Below, piece by piece: positions 29,876-38,834 of a stretch of DNA of 51,073 bases. The notes under the pieces were generated by a model. The model was not told the DNA's origin and did no database searches. It saw nothing but the letters and a program-made list of their open reading frames with translations. This stretch comes from Opitutaceae bacterium. Its GTDB lineage: Bacteria; Verrucomicrobiota; Verrucomicrobiia; Opitutales; Opitutaceae. A program made the position numbers and the translations under genes. The stretch's first letter is position 1. Each line of letters opens with the position of its first letter. The DNA lies in NCBI GenBank assembly GCA_025352845.1, contig JANXSC010000341.1, positions 1 through 51,073 of the forward strand, given 5' to 3'.

Positions 29876-31412
29876 CACCGAGCGGCACGGGCACGAACTC
29901 GTTCGCGATCCCACCATCGGCGGTGTTGATCAGACGCACGCGACCGTCTTCACCGGCGGCGGCGAGGGTCCGGCTGTCGGGTGCGAAGGCCAGCGCGTAG
30001 ATGCCGCCGGGCATCTTCACCTCGGAAAGCTGTTTCACCTCGGCCGTCGTGAAGCGCTCGATCTCGGCCTTCTCCTCCTTCGAGTAGCTGCTCGCGACTT
30101 TGTCGGCGTAGGCCTTCAGCAGCAGGTCGGGAATCGTGGAGTCGAATTCGCCGGTGTAGAGGCGGACGGCGCCGTGGCCGTTGTAGCTGCTGCCCGCGGC
30201 GATGAGTTTGCCGTCGCGGCTGTAGTCGACGGCGAAGATGCGGCCCTCCATCGCGGGGAATTTGCGGAGGAGGTTCGCGTTGTCGCCGATGCGGCGCTTC
30301 GTCTGGCGGAAGACTTGGTAAACCTGCGGCACGCCGTCGGCGCCGCCGATGAGCACCTCGTCGCGACCGGGCCGACGCGCGACCGCATGGAGTCCGCCGC
30401 GCAGCGCACCTGGCGTGATCGAGCTGATGTTGTCCACGAAGCGCTGCGTCTCGACTTCGGTGAGCTTCGTGCTCATGTCGCGGCCGACCGAGATGAGATG
30501 CGAACCATCGTTGCTAAAAACGGTGTCGAGCACCCAGTCGTTGTGCGAACCCTGCTGCAGCACGAACTCGCCCGTGGCCGCGGCAATCGCGCGCACGTTG
30601 TTGTCGGGGCAACCGAAGGCGACCAGCTTGCCGTCGGGCGACCAGCTCACGCCATACACGGTGTCGTAGCCGACGGGCACGGAGACAACGAGGGCGCGCT
30701 TTTCCACATTCCAAATCTGCACCTCGCCCATCCGCGCCGGCAGTCCGCCCGCGACCGCAAGCCGCGTGCCGTCGGGCGAAAACCGCACCGACTCAATCCG
30801 CTCCGAAAGCCCGATCAGTCGCGCCACGATCCCCGAGCCGTCGGCGTGATGCAGCAGCACCTCGTGAAACCCGGCAACCGCGAGGAGCTTTCCATCGGGC
30901 GAAAAATCAAGCGACGTGACCACGGGCGGCCGCTGGTAGATTGGCGGATGGTCGGCGTCGAAATGCTGCACGGCGTTCTTCGGCGTGTCGTCCGTCGCGC
31001 CCTGCGCGATCCATTTTGCGATAAGCGCGACGTCTTCGGCCGCAAGCGACGATTTGTTTTTTGGCATCTCGGCCTCACCGTCCTTCACCGTGATCGACGC
31101 GATAAGGAGGCTGGCGTCGGGTTTGCCCGGCACGACGGCCTTGTCGCCGCTATCGCCACCCGCAAGCAGCCGCGCGAAATCGGTCATCACATAGCCGCCT
31201 TTGTCGCGGGCGGGCTGGTGGCAGCCTAGGCAATTGGCCTGAAACACCGGCCGAATCTGCCTCCAGTAACTAATCGGTGCATTCGGATCGACGACCTCTT
31301 CCTTCTTCGGCGGCGCGGCGGCGAAAACCGCCAGTGGCAAAAACAAACAGAACGCCCGCGCCAAGCAAACGCGGAGCAAGTCGGAAACCGAGGTAAGAAG
31401 GGGCGCACGCAC
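29829..31412 (-). CDS. planctomycete cytochrome c (PSCyt1) + WD40 repeat protein
   Basis: ISYWRQIRPVFQANCLGCH, VVPGKPDASLL, MPK...WIAQGA, then WD40 repeats (FSPDGKLLA, WSPDGKLVAFG, HNDWV). The start is uncertain; GTG 31412 was chosen. Confidence 0.88.
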   Translation of the reverse strand: MRAPLLTSVSDLLRVCLARAFCLFLPLAVFAAAPPKKEEVVDPNAPISYWRQIRPVFQANCLGCHQPARDKGGYVMTDFARLLAGGDSGDKAVVPGKPDASLLIASITVKDGEAEMPKNKSSLAAEDVALIAKWIAQGATDDTPKNAVQHFDADHPPIYQRPPVVTSLDFSPDGKLLAVAGFHEVLLHHADGSGIVARLIGLSERIESVRFSPDGTRLAVAGGLPARMGEVQIWNVEKRALVVSVPVGYDTVYGVSWSPDGKLVAFGCPDNNVRAIAAATGEFVLQQGSHNDWVLDTVFSNDGSHLISVGRDMSTKLTEVETQRFVDNISSITPGALRGGLHAVARRPGRDEVLIGGADGVPQVYQVFRQTKRRIGDNANLLRKFPAMEGRIFAVDYSRDGKLIAAGSSYNGHGAVRLYTGEFDSTIPDLLLKAYADKVASSYSKEEKAEIERFTTAEVKQLSEVKMPGGIYALAFAPDSRTLAAAGEDGRVRLINTADGGIANEFVPVPLGGRADFSPPSTRAKAD

Positions 31413-31579
31413 CGGAGGATACAAGCTGAGCGCGAGCGAAGAACGGTCAATGCGATTTTCCAGCGATGCGAACTGCGAATCGCCGCGGCGATTCGCGAGA
31501 TAAGAATGGATAAAGGCCCGGCAGAGAGCTGGAGTGTCGCAGAACTCCGGCACCTCAAACGCCTCCTTCGCTCCCCACC

Positions 31580-32281
31580 ATGACGATTCGCAACAACCAA
31601 AACACGCCGGCATTCCCCTGGGACAAGTTCATCGACGCGATCAACAAGACCCACGGCATCGGTGTCCCCGCGCCGGCCTACCGCGATTTCGTCAAATTGC
31701 ATGTGCAGGCCATGGGCTCGGAGGGCATGGACTGGCACGTGCACACCATGCGCATGGCGGGCGGGATGGTGATGGAGGGCTACAACTTCCTTTCGTGGCA
31801 CCGCCGGTTCGTCCTCAAAATGGAGCAGCGCCTCCAGGCGATTCACCCCGAGCTCTACATCCCGTATTGGAACGCCGTGGCCGACCGCGCCATTCCGGCG
31901 GCACTGCAGGACAAGAAACTTTTGAAGAGCTGGGGCGTGACCCGCGGCAAATGGAATCCGAATCAACTGGCCTCGCCCGCCGACCTGGCCGCGTTGGACG
32001 GCATCGCCACCTTCAAAACATTCCAGCGGGTATTGGAAGGGGCGATCCACGGCGGAGTGCATATGGCCGTCGGCGGCGACTTGGCCGGGGCTTCCTCACC
32101 CAGCGACCCGCTCTTTTGGCTTCACCACGCCAACATCGACCGCATTTGGGCCACGTGGCAGCGCACCCATAAAAAAGCCGGACCGCCCAACCCCGGCGAC
32201 GTGCTCCAACCGTTGCCGCTCTTCGGCGTCACCGTCGCGAGCGTGCAGGACGTCTCGAAGCTCGGCTACAAATACGCCTGA
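31580..32281 (+). CDS. tyrosinase / type-3 copper protein
   Basis: CuA H41...H53/H55...FLSWH(74)RR, IPYWN, CuB LEGAIHGGVH and SPSDPLFWLHHANIDRIWATWQ, C-terminal LGYKY. Confidence 0.92.
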   Translation: MTIRNNQNTPAFPWDKFIDAINKTHGIGVPAPAYRDFVKLHVQAMGSEGMDWHVHTMRMAGGMVMEGYNFLSWHRRFVLKMEQRLQAIHPELYIPYWNAVADRAIPAALQDKKLLKSWGVTRGKWNPNQLASPADLAALDGIATFKTFQRVLEGAIHGGVHMAVGGDLAGASSPSDPLFWLHHANIDRIWATWQRTHKKAGPPNPGDVLQPLPLFGVTVASVQDVSKLGYKYA

Positions 32282-32303
32282 GCCAGCGGTTCCCGAGTCA
32301 GGG

Positions 32304-32333
32304 CGCGGACTCCGCAACGCCCCGCAGTCCGCG
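32304..32333. terminator. hairpin between convergent genes
   Basis: 8-bp stem CGCGGACT / AGTCCGCG between the tyrosinase and CoA transferase stops; no clear U-tract. Confidence 0.4.
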
Positions 32334-32336
32334 GAT

Positions 32337-33602
32337 CTAAAACCCACTCTGCGTTTTCTCCGTCCGCAAAGTGTCCTCCACCACGATGCCGTCGGCGATC
32401 AGTTTTGCACAGGCTGACTCGTCGAGGCCGAGTTCACCGAGGATCGCGCGGTTGTGCTCGCCGAGGCGCGGGGCGGGCGTGCGGATCGAGCCGGGGGTGC
32501 CGGCCAGGCGCGGGACGACGTGGTGCATCGGGAGCGCGCCGATCTCGGCGTCGGGATAGTCGGCGACGACCTCGCGCGCGATCACGTGCGGATCGGCGAG
32601 GATTTGCGCGATGTCGTTGATGGGGCCGACGGTCACCTCGGCGTGCTCGAAGAACGCGACGTTCTCCGCCTGCGTGCGCGCGGCGATGAACGCGCCGATG
32701 ATCGCATCGAGGTCGGCGGCGTGCTGGAGCCGCGCGGCGTTGGTGCGGTAGCGCGGGTCGTCGATCAGGTCCGCGCGGCCGATGGCGCGGAAGAGGCGCT
32801 CGGCCATTTTTTGCGTCGAGCCCGAGACGGCGACGTAGCGGCCGTCACTACAGAGGTAGGTGTTGCGCGGCGCGGAATTCCCGGAGCGACTGCCGGTGCG
32901 TTTTTTTGTTTTGCCTGTGAGCCGATAGTTCGCGGCCTGCGGGCTGAGGATCGCGAAGAGCGGATCGAGCAGCGGGAGATCGATGACCTGGCCGCGGCCG
33001 CCGTTGTGCTCCACCTCGCGCAACGCGATCATCACGGCCGATGCGCCGTAGAGTCCCGCCACACCGTCGGCGAGATACATCGGCGGGAGCACGGGCTCGC
33101 GATCGGCGAAGCCGTTGATCGCAGCGAAACCGGACGCACCCTCGATCACCGTGCCAAAGCCGGGGCGCTGCGCATACGGGCCGTCCTGACCCCAGCCGGA
33201 GATGCGCGCGATCACGAGGCGCGGGTTGTGCTGGTGAAGGACGTCGGGGCCGAGGCCCATTTTTTCGAGCACGCCGGGGCGGAAGCTCTCGATGAAAATC
33301 GCCGCACTCGGCAGCAGCCGGAGCAACAGCTCGCGCGCCTCGGGCCGGCGCAACTCGAGGCAGAGGCTCTTTTTGTTGCGGGAATAAATTTTCCAATGCG
33401 TCGACACGCCCGCCGTCTGCCAGTCGCGGAGCGAGTCGCCGCCGGGCGGCTCGACCTTGATCACCTCGGCGCCGAAATCGCCGAGGATTTGGGTGAGGAC
33501 ATTGCCCGCGAAGAGCCGCGAGAGATCGAGCACGCGCAGGCCGGTGAGCGGGCCGCGCGCGGCCGGCGTGTAGTCGCGTTGTTTCAATTGCGAGGGCGGC
33601 AT
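32337..33602 (-). CDS. family III CoA transferase (CaiB/BaiF)
   Basis: GPLTGLRVLDLSRLFAG, LGDFGAEVIKVEPPGGD, RNKKSLCLEL, ESFRPGVLEKMGLG, ISGWGQDGPY, LADGVAG (catalytic Asp), APRLGEHN. Confidence 0.95.
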   Translation of the reverse strand: MPPSQLKQRDYTPAARGPLTGLRVLDLSRLFAGNVLTQILGDFGAEVIKVEPPGGDSLRDWQTAGVSTHWKIYSRNKKSLCLELRRPEARELLLRLLPSAAIFIESFRPGVLEKMGLGPDVLHQHNPRLVIARISGWGQDGPYAQRPGFGTVIEGASGFAAINGFADREPVLPPMYLADGVAGLYGASAVMIALREVEHNGGRGQVIDLPLLDPLFAILSPQAANYRLTGKTKKRTGSRSGNSAPRNTYLCSDGRYVAVSGSTQKMAERLFRAIGRADLIDDPRYRTNAARLQHAADLDAIIGAFIAARTQAENVAFFEHAEVTVGPINDIAQILADPHVIAREVVADYPDAEIGALPMHHVVPRLAGTPGSIRTPAPRLGEHNRAILGELGLDESACAKLIADGIVVEDTLRTEKTQSGF

Positions 33603-33633
33603 CGGGAATATTTTCGCGGCGCGCAGCCACTCA

Positions 33634-34500
33634 TCACGGCGCCGGTGCGATCGCGGCGAGCGCCTCGGCGCGGCGCAGGAACGGCGGGTCGATCATTTTG
33701 CCATCGACGAGAAACGCACCGAGGCCCTTGGCCTTCGCGTCGCGCGCGGCGGCGACAATGCGGTGCGCCTGCGCGAGATCGTCGGCGCTCGGGCGAAAGA
33801 CGTCGTTCGCGAGCGCGATTTGACTCGGGTGCAGGCAGGTTTTCCCGAGGAAACCGAGGCGCTTCGCGGCCAGCGCCTCGCGGCGGTAGCCCTCGGCATC
33901 CTTCACCGCGCCGAAGCCGGTGTCGCAGGCCCAAAGGCCCGCCTCGCCCGCGGCGAGGCGCACGGCGAGCTGCACGTGGTGCACGGCCGCCGCATCCATG
34001 CGGTCGATGCCGAGCGGCTCGAAGAGATCGCCGAGACCGAGCTGCAAACCCGCGACGCGCGGATCGGCGCGCGCGATCTCACCGGCGGCGCGGAGGCCGC
34101 GCGGCGATTCGATGTTGGCGAGAATCCGGATCGGCGACGCGAGGTCGCGCGCGGCTTCGAGCGGCGCGAGCGCGGCGGCGACGACACGGATGTCGTCGGC
34201 CGACTCGACCTTCGGCACGTTGAGGAAATCGAGGCGCGGCACGACGACGGTTGCGAGGTCGGCGGCGAAATGCGGAGAGTCGATGGCGTTGACGCGCACG
34301 ATCAGAATTTTTCGCGACGTGGCGAACGCGGGCGAGGCGAGTGCGCGGCCGACGAGTTCGCGCGCCTCGGCCTTGCGCTCCTCGGCGACGGCGTCCTCGA
34401 GATCGAAGGAGATGCCGTCGGCGTCGCCAGCGAGCGCCTTCGCGAAAAATTCCGGGCGCGTGCCCGGCACGAAGAGTTTGCTGCGGAGAAGCGGCGTCAT
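33634..34500 (-). CDS. CitE-like CoA-ester lyase (HpcH/HpaI aldolase/citrate lyase family)
   Basis: RSKLFVPG, FDLEDAV, VRVN, PKVES, IESPRG, GLGDL, GFLGKTCLHPSQI, VDGKMIDPP. Confidence 0.93.
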   Translation of the reverse strand: MTPLLRSKLFVPGTRPEFFAKALAGDADGISFDLEDAVAEERKAEARELVGRALASPAFATSRKILIVRVNAIDSPHFAADLATVVVPRLDFLNVPKVESADDIRVVAAALAPLEAARDLASPIRILANIESPRGLRAAGEIARADPRVAGLQLGLGDLFEPLGIDRMDAAAVHHVQLAVRLAAGEAGLWACDTGFGAVKDAEGYRREALAAKRLGFLGKTCLHPSQIALANDVFRPSADDLAQAHRIVAAARDAKAKGLGAFLVDGKMIDPPFLRRAEALAAIAPAP

Positions 34501-34509
34501 GGTTTCACG

Positions 34510-36666
34510 TCACGAAGCATCGACGACGCAGCGGAAGCCAAGCATGCCGCTGCGATCCTTGCACGGGGCCATGAGCAGATATTTGCCGTGCTGATCGAGT
34601 TGCCAAGCCTGCGGAAAATACCAGTGCGAGGTCTGCGGCCGGTAGGCGCTGCCGCCGCGCAGGATCGCGGCGCGCGTGTGATCGTCGGTGAACTCGTCCG
34701 TCCACTGCCAGACGTTGCCGACGAGATCCCTCACGCCGAACGGACTCGCGCCCGCGGGGTGCGCATCGACGTCGTCGGGAGGGAGGAGCGTGCGGCCGGT
34801 ATTAGGCGCGGGCATCGCGGCGGGATTCCACTCGTTGCCCCACGGGTAGAGGCGGCCGTCGCGGCCCTGCGCGGCATACTGCCATTCCCACTCGTGCGGC
34901 AGCCGTTTGCCGGCCCACGCGGCGTAGGCGCGCGCATCCTCGAGCGAGACCCACGTGACGGGTTTCTTCTCCCAGCCGCGCGGTGGCGCGCCGTCTTTCC
35001 AGTCGCGGAGAAAATGGTGAACGTCCTTCGGATGATAGCGTGTGGCGGCGAGAAATTTTTTGAAATCCGAGTTGGTGACCGGGTAGCGATCGATGTGAAA
35101 CGGCTTCATCGCCATGCGGTGCAGGTGCGAGCGACGCGGGGAATTTTCCCACGGGTATTGCACGTCTAGCCCGGCCCACGAGTAGCCTTCGATCTCGATG
35201 CCGGTGACCTTGAACTCGAACGTGCCGGCGGGAATCTTCACCATGCCGGCAGACACCTTCGCCTTCGGCTTCGTCGGGGCGATGGGGACGAGCTGTTGCG
35301 GGAGCGATTCCCAAACGTTGGAAAAATTTCCGAGCGGTTTCGCGGTCAGCTTGCGCCGCAGTTGCAGGAATTTCGCGAGTCCGGCGGGATTCGCTCCGCG
35401 CTCGAACGCGAGCACCGCGCCGAAACCCCGCGCTTCAAGTGCGCACGCGAGCGTCGCCTGACCATCGACGATGCGCGGCTGAATCTCCGCGCCCTGCCAC
35501 GCATCGTAGTAGCGACGGCCCGCGGCATGGGCGACGACGAGTTGATCGCCGACGAGGTCGTATTCGTTGCGGTTCACGATCGTCCAGAGTGTCGTGTCTC
35601 GGCCCGGAAACATCGTGGAAAAAACGCCCGGCTGGAGCGTGTGCGCGTAGGGCTCCCACTCGGCGCTGACGAGCAGGTCGGCGAACTGCCGGAAGACGTG
35701 CGTGATACGGCGCAGCGTCTCGCCGGCGCGCGGCGTGAACTGGTTCCAGACGCCCCAGACATTTTCCCACGCGACGTAGCCGATGCCGTTGAAGAAAATG
35801 AAATGGAAATCGTCGGTGCGGTCGCGCGCCCAGCGATTCTCGATGTTGATCAGGTGGCGCGGCTCGAGCCACTTCAACTTGCTCACGGCGGGCACGCCCT
35901 CGGTCGGCACGCGCTTGCTCCAGCTCTGGAGATTCCACATCAGGCCCTCGTCGGCGAGCGGCACGCCCTCCGGCTGGAACACGAGCGGGTGACCGATCTT
36001 TTCCGCGGCGTCGAGAAAGGCGCGGGGCACGCCGCTGTAGGTGTCGCCGTTCACGCCGTCGGCTCCGACCTCCTTCGCCAGCCGCACGACGGCGTCCCAG
36101 TCGGTCGTGCCGGTCGGCCGCGTGCCGTTGTCCCACGGCATGGTCGGGAGGAACACGCGCACGCCACGCCGGTGGAAATCCGCGACCGCCTGCTTCAGAC
36201 CCTCAAGACCGCCGGGGAGATCGCCCGCGAGCGCGGTCTGGTTGCGGTCGTCAATGCCGATGTTCGGATAGACATACCAGATGAGCACGCTGTCGATGCC
36301 GCCGTAGCGCCGCTCAAGGTCGTCGAGATATTTATCGACCGTATATTTCCCCGCGACCGGATCGTAGAAAAACCGATCCTCGACCATCATCTGCGTGTGG
36401 ACGAAGTTGCACTGCGCCCACTGAAATTCCGGGCGCGCGTAGATCGCGCCGTCGTAGCCCATGCGGATCAGGTGCTCTTGACGCCACTCGCGGTAGTCGC
36501 GCCGCCACACCGCGGCCGAGCGGTTCACGTCCTGCTGCCACTGCCCGATGGTCTGCAACGGCCAGCCGGGCATGCCGACCGGGAGCGGGAGGTAGGGGCC
36601 GTTGCGGGCGTGCGAGAGCTGGAAATCGACGGGGCGGGAGGCGGGAGCGTGCTGGGGTTTGCTCAT
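34510..36666 (-). CDS. putative TIM-barrel (glycosidase-like) domain fused to C-terminal FGE-sulfatase (SUMF1-fold) domain
   Basis: C-terminal IDRYPVTN, PVTWVSLEDARAYAAWAGKRLPHEWEWQYAAQG, SPFGVRDLVGNVWQW, ILRGGS, GFRC. N-terminal GGIDSVLIW, FHRRGVRVFLPTMPWD, GADGVNGDT, FQPE. Confidence 0.8.
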   Translation of the reverse strand: MSKPQHAPASRPVDFQLSHARNGPYLPLPVGMPGWPLQTIGQWQQDVNRSAAVWRRDYREWRQEHLIRMGYDGAIYARPEFQWAQCNFVHTQMMVEDRFFYDPVAGKYTVDKYLDDLERRYGGIDSVLIWYVYPNIGIDDRNQTALAGDLPGGLEGLKQAVADFHRRGVRVFLPTMPWDNGTRPTGTTDWDAVVRLAKEVGADGVNGDTYSGVPRAFLDAAEKIGHPLVFQPEGVPLADEGLMWNLQSWSKRVPTEGVPAVSKLKWLEPRHLINIENRWARDRTDDFHFIFFNGIGYVAWENVWGVWNQFTPRAGETLRRITHVFRQFADLLVSAEWEPYAHTLQPGVFSTMFPGRDTTLWTIVNRNEYDLVGDQLVVAHAAGRRYYDAWQGAEIQPRIVDGQATLACALEARGFGAVLAFERGANPAGLAKFLQLRRKLTAKPLGNFSNVWESLPQQLVPIAPTKPKAKVSAGMVKIPAGTFEFKVTGIEIEGYSWAGLDVQYPWENSPRRSHLHRMAMKPFHIDRYPVTNSDFKKFLAATRYHPKDVHHFLRDWKDGAPPRGWEKKPVTWVSLEDARAYAAWAGKRLPHEWEWQYAAQGRDGRLYPWGNEWNPAAMPAPNTGRTLLPPDDVDAHPAGASPFGVRDLVGNVWQWTDEFTDDHTRAAILRGGSAYRPQTSHWYFPQAWQLDQHGKYLLMAPCKDRSGMLGFRCVVDAS

Positions 36667-36692
36667 GGCGGGGAAATTATCGCTTTGGCGGC

Positions 36693-36704
36693 GCAAACGT
36701 TTGC
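36693..36704. promoter_or_regulatory. LacI-family operator O1
   Basis: Perfect palindrome GCAAACGTTTGC with central CG, between the divergent 36666 and 36749 starts. Confidence 0.85.
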
Positions 36705-36748
36705 TTTCGATTTTTGCGTTGTCTATGCAAATCGGGCCGCGCCGCCCC

Positions 36749-37753
36749 ATGAAGAAAATTTCCAGTCTGGTCGATGTGGCCCGCCGGGCCAAGGTGAACA
36801 TCTCGACGGTCTCGCGCACGATCAACCAGACCGGCAAAATCGGCGCCGCGACGCAGGCGCGAGTGCAAAAGGCCATGCGCGAGCTCGGCTACAAGCCGAA
36901 CCGCGTGGCGCGCCGCCTCCGCACCAGTCAGGGCACGAGCCATCTGCTCGGGCTGATCATCCCGAACATCCAGAATATTTTCTTCGCCGATCTCGCGCGC
37001 GGCGTCGAGGACGTGGCGTATCGCAACAACTTCGCCGTGCTGCTCTGCAACTACGATGAGGACGAGGCGAAGGAGCGGTTCTACCTCGACGTGATGCAGG
37101 CGGAATCGGTGGACGGAATTATTCTGCCGCCGATTCACGAGCACGATCCGGCGGTGCTGCAGGTCGTGCGCAACGGCACGCCGGTCGTGTGCGTCGATCG
37201 CATTTTGTCCGCTGGCGATTTGGACAAAGTGGAGGTGGACAACCACACGGGCGCGCTGAAGGCGGTGGAACACATCATCGCGCAGGGCCACCGGCGCATC
37301 GGCCTGATCGGCGGACCGGCGGATTCCTCGACGGGCCGCGAACGCTATCGCGGTTACAAGGACGCGCACGCGCAGGCCAGTCTCACGGTGAAAGCGGACC
37401 TCGTGCGCTTCGGCGACTTCAAGCAGGAGAGCGGCCGCCTGCTCGCGCACGAACTGCTCGCGCTGTCGAATCCACCGACGGCGCTGTTTGTGTGCAACGG
37501 CCTGATGATGGCCGGCGCGCTCGAAGCCATCGCCGCGCTCCGGCTGAAGGTGCCCAAGCAAGTCGGCATCGTCGGCTTCGACGACCTGCCGCTCGCAGAT
37601 GTGTTCAACCCGCCGCTGACCATCGTGCGCCAGCCCGCTTACGAGGTGGGACGATGCGCGGCGGAGTTGTTGCTGAAACGCATCGAGGATCCGGCACGGC
37701 CAATGACGAGCCTGAAGCTCCTGCCCGAGCTCGTGATTCGGAAATCGTGCTAA
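36749..37753 (+). CDS. LacI family transcriptional regulator
   Basis: SLVDVARRAKVNISTVSRTIN HTH, LGYKPNRVARRL hinge, VDGIIL, GHRRIGLIGG, VGFDD, PPLTIVRQP. Confidence 0.97.
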   Translation: MKKISSLVDVARRAKVNISTVSRTINQTGKIGAATQARVQKAMRELGYKPNRVARRLRTSQGTSHLLGLIIPNIQNIFFADLARGVEDVAYRNNFAVLLCNYDEDEAKERFYLDVMQAESVDGIILPPIHEHDPAVLQVVRNGTPVVCVDRILSAGDLDKVEVDNHTGALKAVEHIIAQGHRRIGLIGGPADSSTGRERYRGYKDAHAQASLTVKADLVRFGDFKQESGRLLAHELLALSNPPTALFVCNGLMMAGALEAIAALRLKVPKQVGIVGFDDLPLADVFNPPLTIVRQPAYEVGRCAAELLLKRIEDPARPMTSLKLLPELVIRKSC

Positions 37754-37806
37754 TCGCAACACGGCCCGAGTTGCACGCCGGAGGATTCGCTTGACGGAAA
37801 GGGCAG

Positions 37807-37818
37807 GCAAACGTTTGC
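37807..37818. promoter_or_regulatory. LacI-family operator O2
   Basis: GCAAACGTTTGC 10 bp downstream of a -35-like TTGACG (37791-37796) and upstream of the ribokinase. Confidence 0.85.
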
Positions 37819-37874
37819 ATCCGCGCGCGCCGGTTTCACTGCTCCGACGCGCTGCGCCCGCCTTTTTCGCTTTC

Positions 37875-38834
37875 ATGGCCTCTTCCCCCCACGTCGTCAT
37901 CGTCGGCAGCATCATGCACGATCTGACCTTGGTGTGCGCCGAATTTCCGCGCAGCGGCCAGACGATCGTGGGCCGGCTGCGCAGCGGTCTCGGCGGCAAG
38001 GGCTCCAATCAGGCGATCGCGTGCGGGCGTCTCGGCGTGCCAACTTGTTTCGTCGGTGCGATGGGCCGCGATGCCTTCGCCGCGGAAGCAAACGGGTTCT
38101 ATCGCCGCGAAAAAATCGGCTGCCGGCTCGCGCAAAAATCCGGCCGGCCCACCGGCACCGCAGTGATCACACTGAACCGTCGCGGGGAAAATCAAATTGT
38201 GATCGAGCCCGGCGCCAACGATTACCTCGCGCCAGGCGATGTGTCCGCGGCGTTGCTGACGCGCGCCAAAGTGGTCGTCACGCAGTTGGAATCGAATCTC
38301 GCGACGACCGCGCACGTGCTGCGCGTGGCGTACGCGGCGAGGGTGACGACGATTCTGAATCCCGCGCCGATGCGCGCGGATTTCGATCCGCGATTGTTGC
38401 AGCACGTGCACATTCTCATCCCGAACGAGAGTGAGTTCGTCGCGCTCGTGCGGACGCTGCCCGGAATTCGGCGACGCGGATTTTCCGAACGCGCGCTGCA
38501 CGCGATGAAGGGCGACGCGTTGCACGCGCTGTGCAGGAAATTTGGCGTGCCGACGCTCATCGTCACGCTCGGCGCGCGCGGGTGTTTTATTTCGGAGCGG
38601 ACCGGCCACGCGTTCGTGCCGGCGCATCGCGACATCGCGGTCGTGGACACGACAGGCGCAGGCGACGCGTTCTGCGGCGGATTTGCGGCCGGGCTCGTGC
38701 GGCACGAAGGAAACATCGTCGAAGCCGCGCGGCTCGGAACCGCAGTGGCGGCACTGTCGATCACGAAGCCCGGCGCCGCGCCCGCGATGCCGGCGCTGCG
38801 AGAGCTGCGACGCTTCCTCCGTTCCCGCGCCTAG
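37875..38834 (+). CDS. rbsK: ribokinase (PfkB family)
   Basis: GGKGSNQA, GENQIVIEPGAN, TQLE, LNPAP, PNESE, IVTLGARG, VDTTGAGDAFCG. Confidence 0.85.
   Translation: MASSPHVVIVGSIMHDLTLVCAEFPRSGQTIVGRLRSGLGGKGSNQAIACGRLGVPTCFVGAMGRDAFAAEANGFYRREKIGCRLAQKSGRPTGTAVITLNRRGENQIVIEPGANDYLAPGDVSAALLTRAKVVVTQLESNLATTAHVLRVAYAARVTTILNPAPMRADFDPRLLQHVHILIPNESEFVALVRTLPGIRRRGFSERALHAMKGDALHALCRKFGVPTLIVTLGARGCFISERTGHAFVPAHRDIAVVDTTGAGDAFCGGFAAGLVRHEGNIVEAARLGTAVAALSITKPGAAPAMPALRELRRFLRSRA

Noticed and set aside
27639-31229. 1196-aa plus-strand ORF and other long antisense ORFs (227-1771, 24293-25891, 47050-49533)
   Set aside because: They are shadow ORFs opposite well-supported genes, as expected in high-GC DNA, and carry no recognisable motifs.
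32337-34500. Itaconate degradation (Rip/Ict-Ich-Ccl) operon
   Set aside because: No hydratase gene is present, and the pair is embedded in a glycosidase/ribokinase regulon.
31580-34500. Tyrosinase as part of the CoA-transferase pathway or a biosynthetic cluster
   Set aside because: It is convergent with that operon, separated by a hairpin, has no operator copy upstream, and no biosynthetic genes are nearby.
34510-36666. Formylglycine-generating enzyme for the sulfatase, or EgtB ergothioneine synthase
   Set aside because: It lacks the FGE catalytic Cys pair and the EgtB iron-binding DinB domain, and it sits in the LacI regulon.
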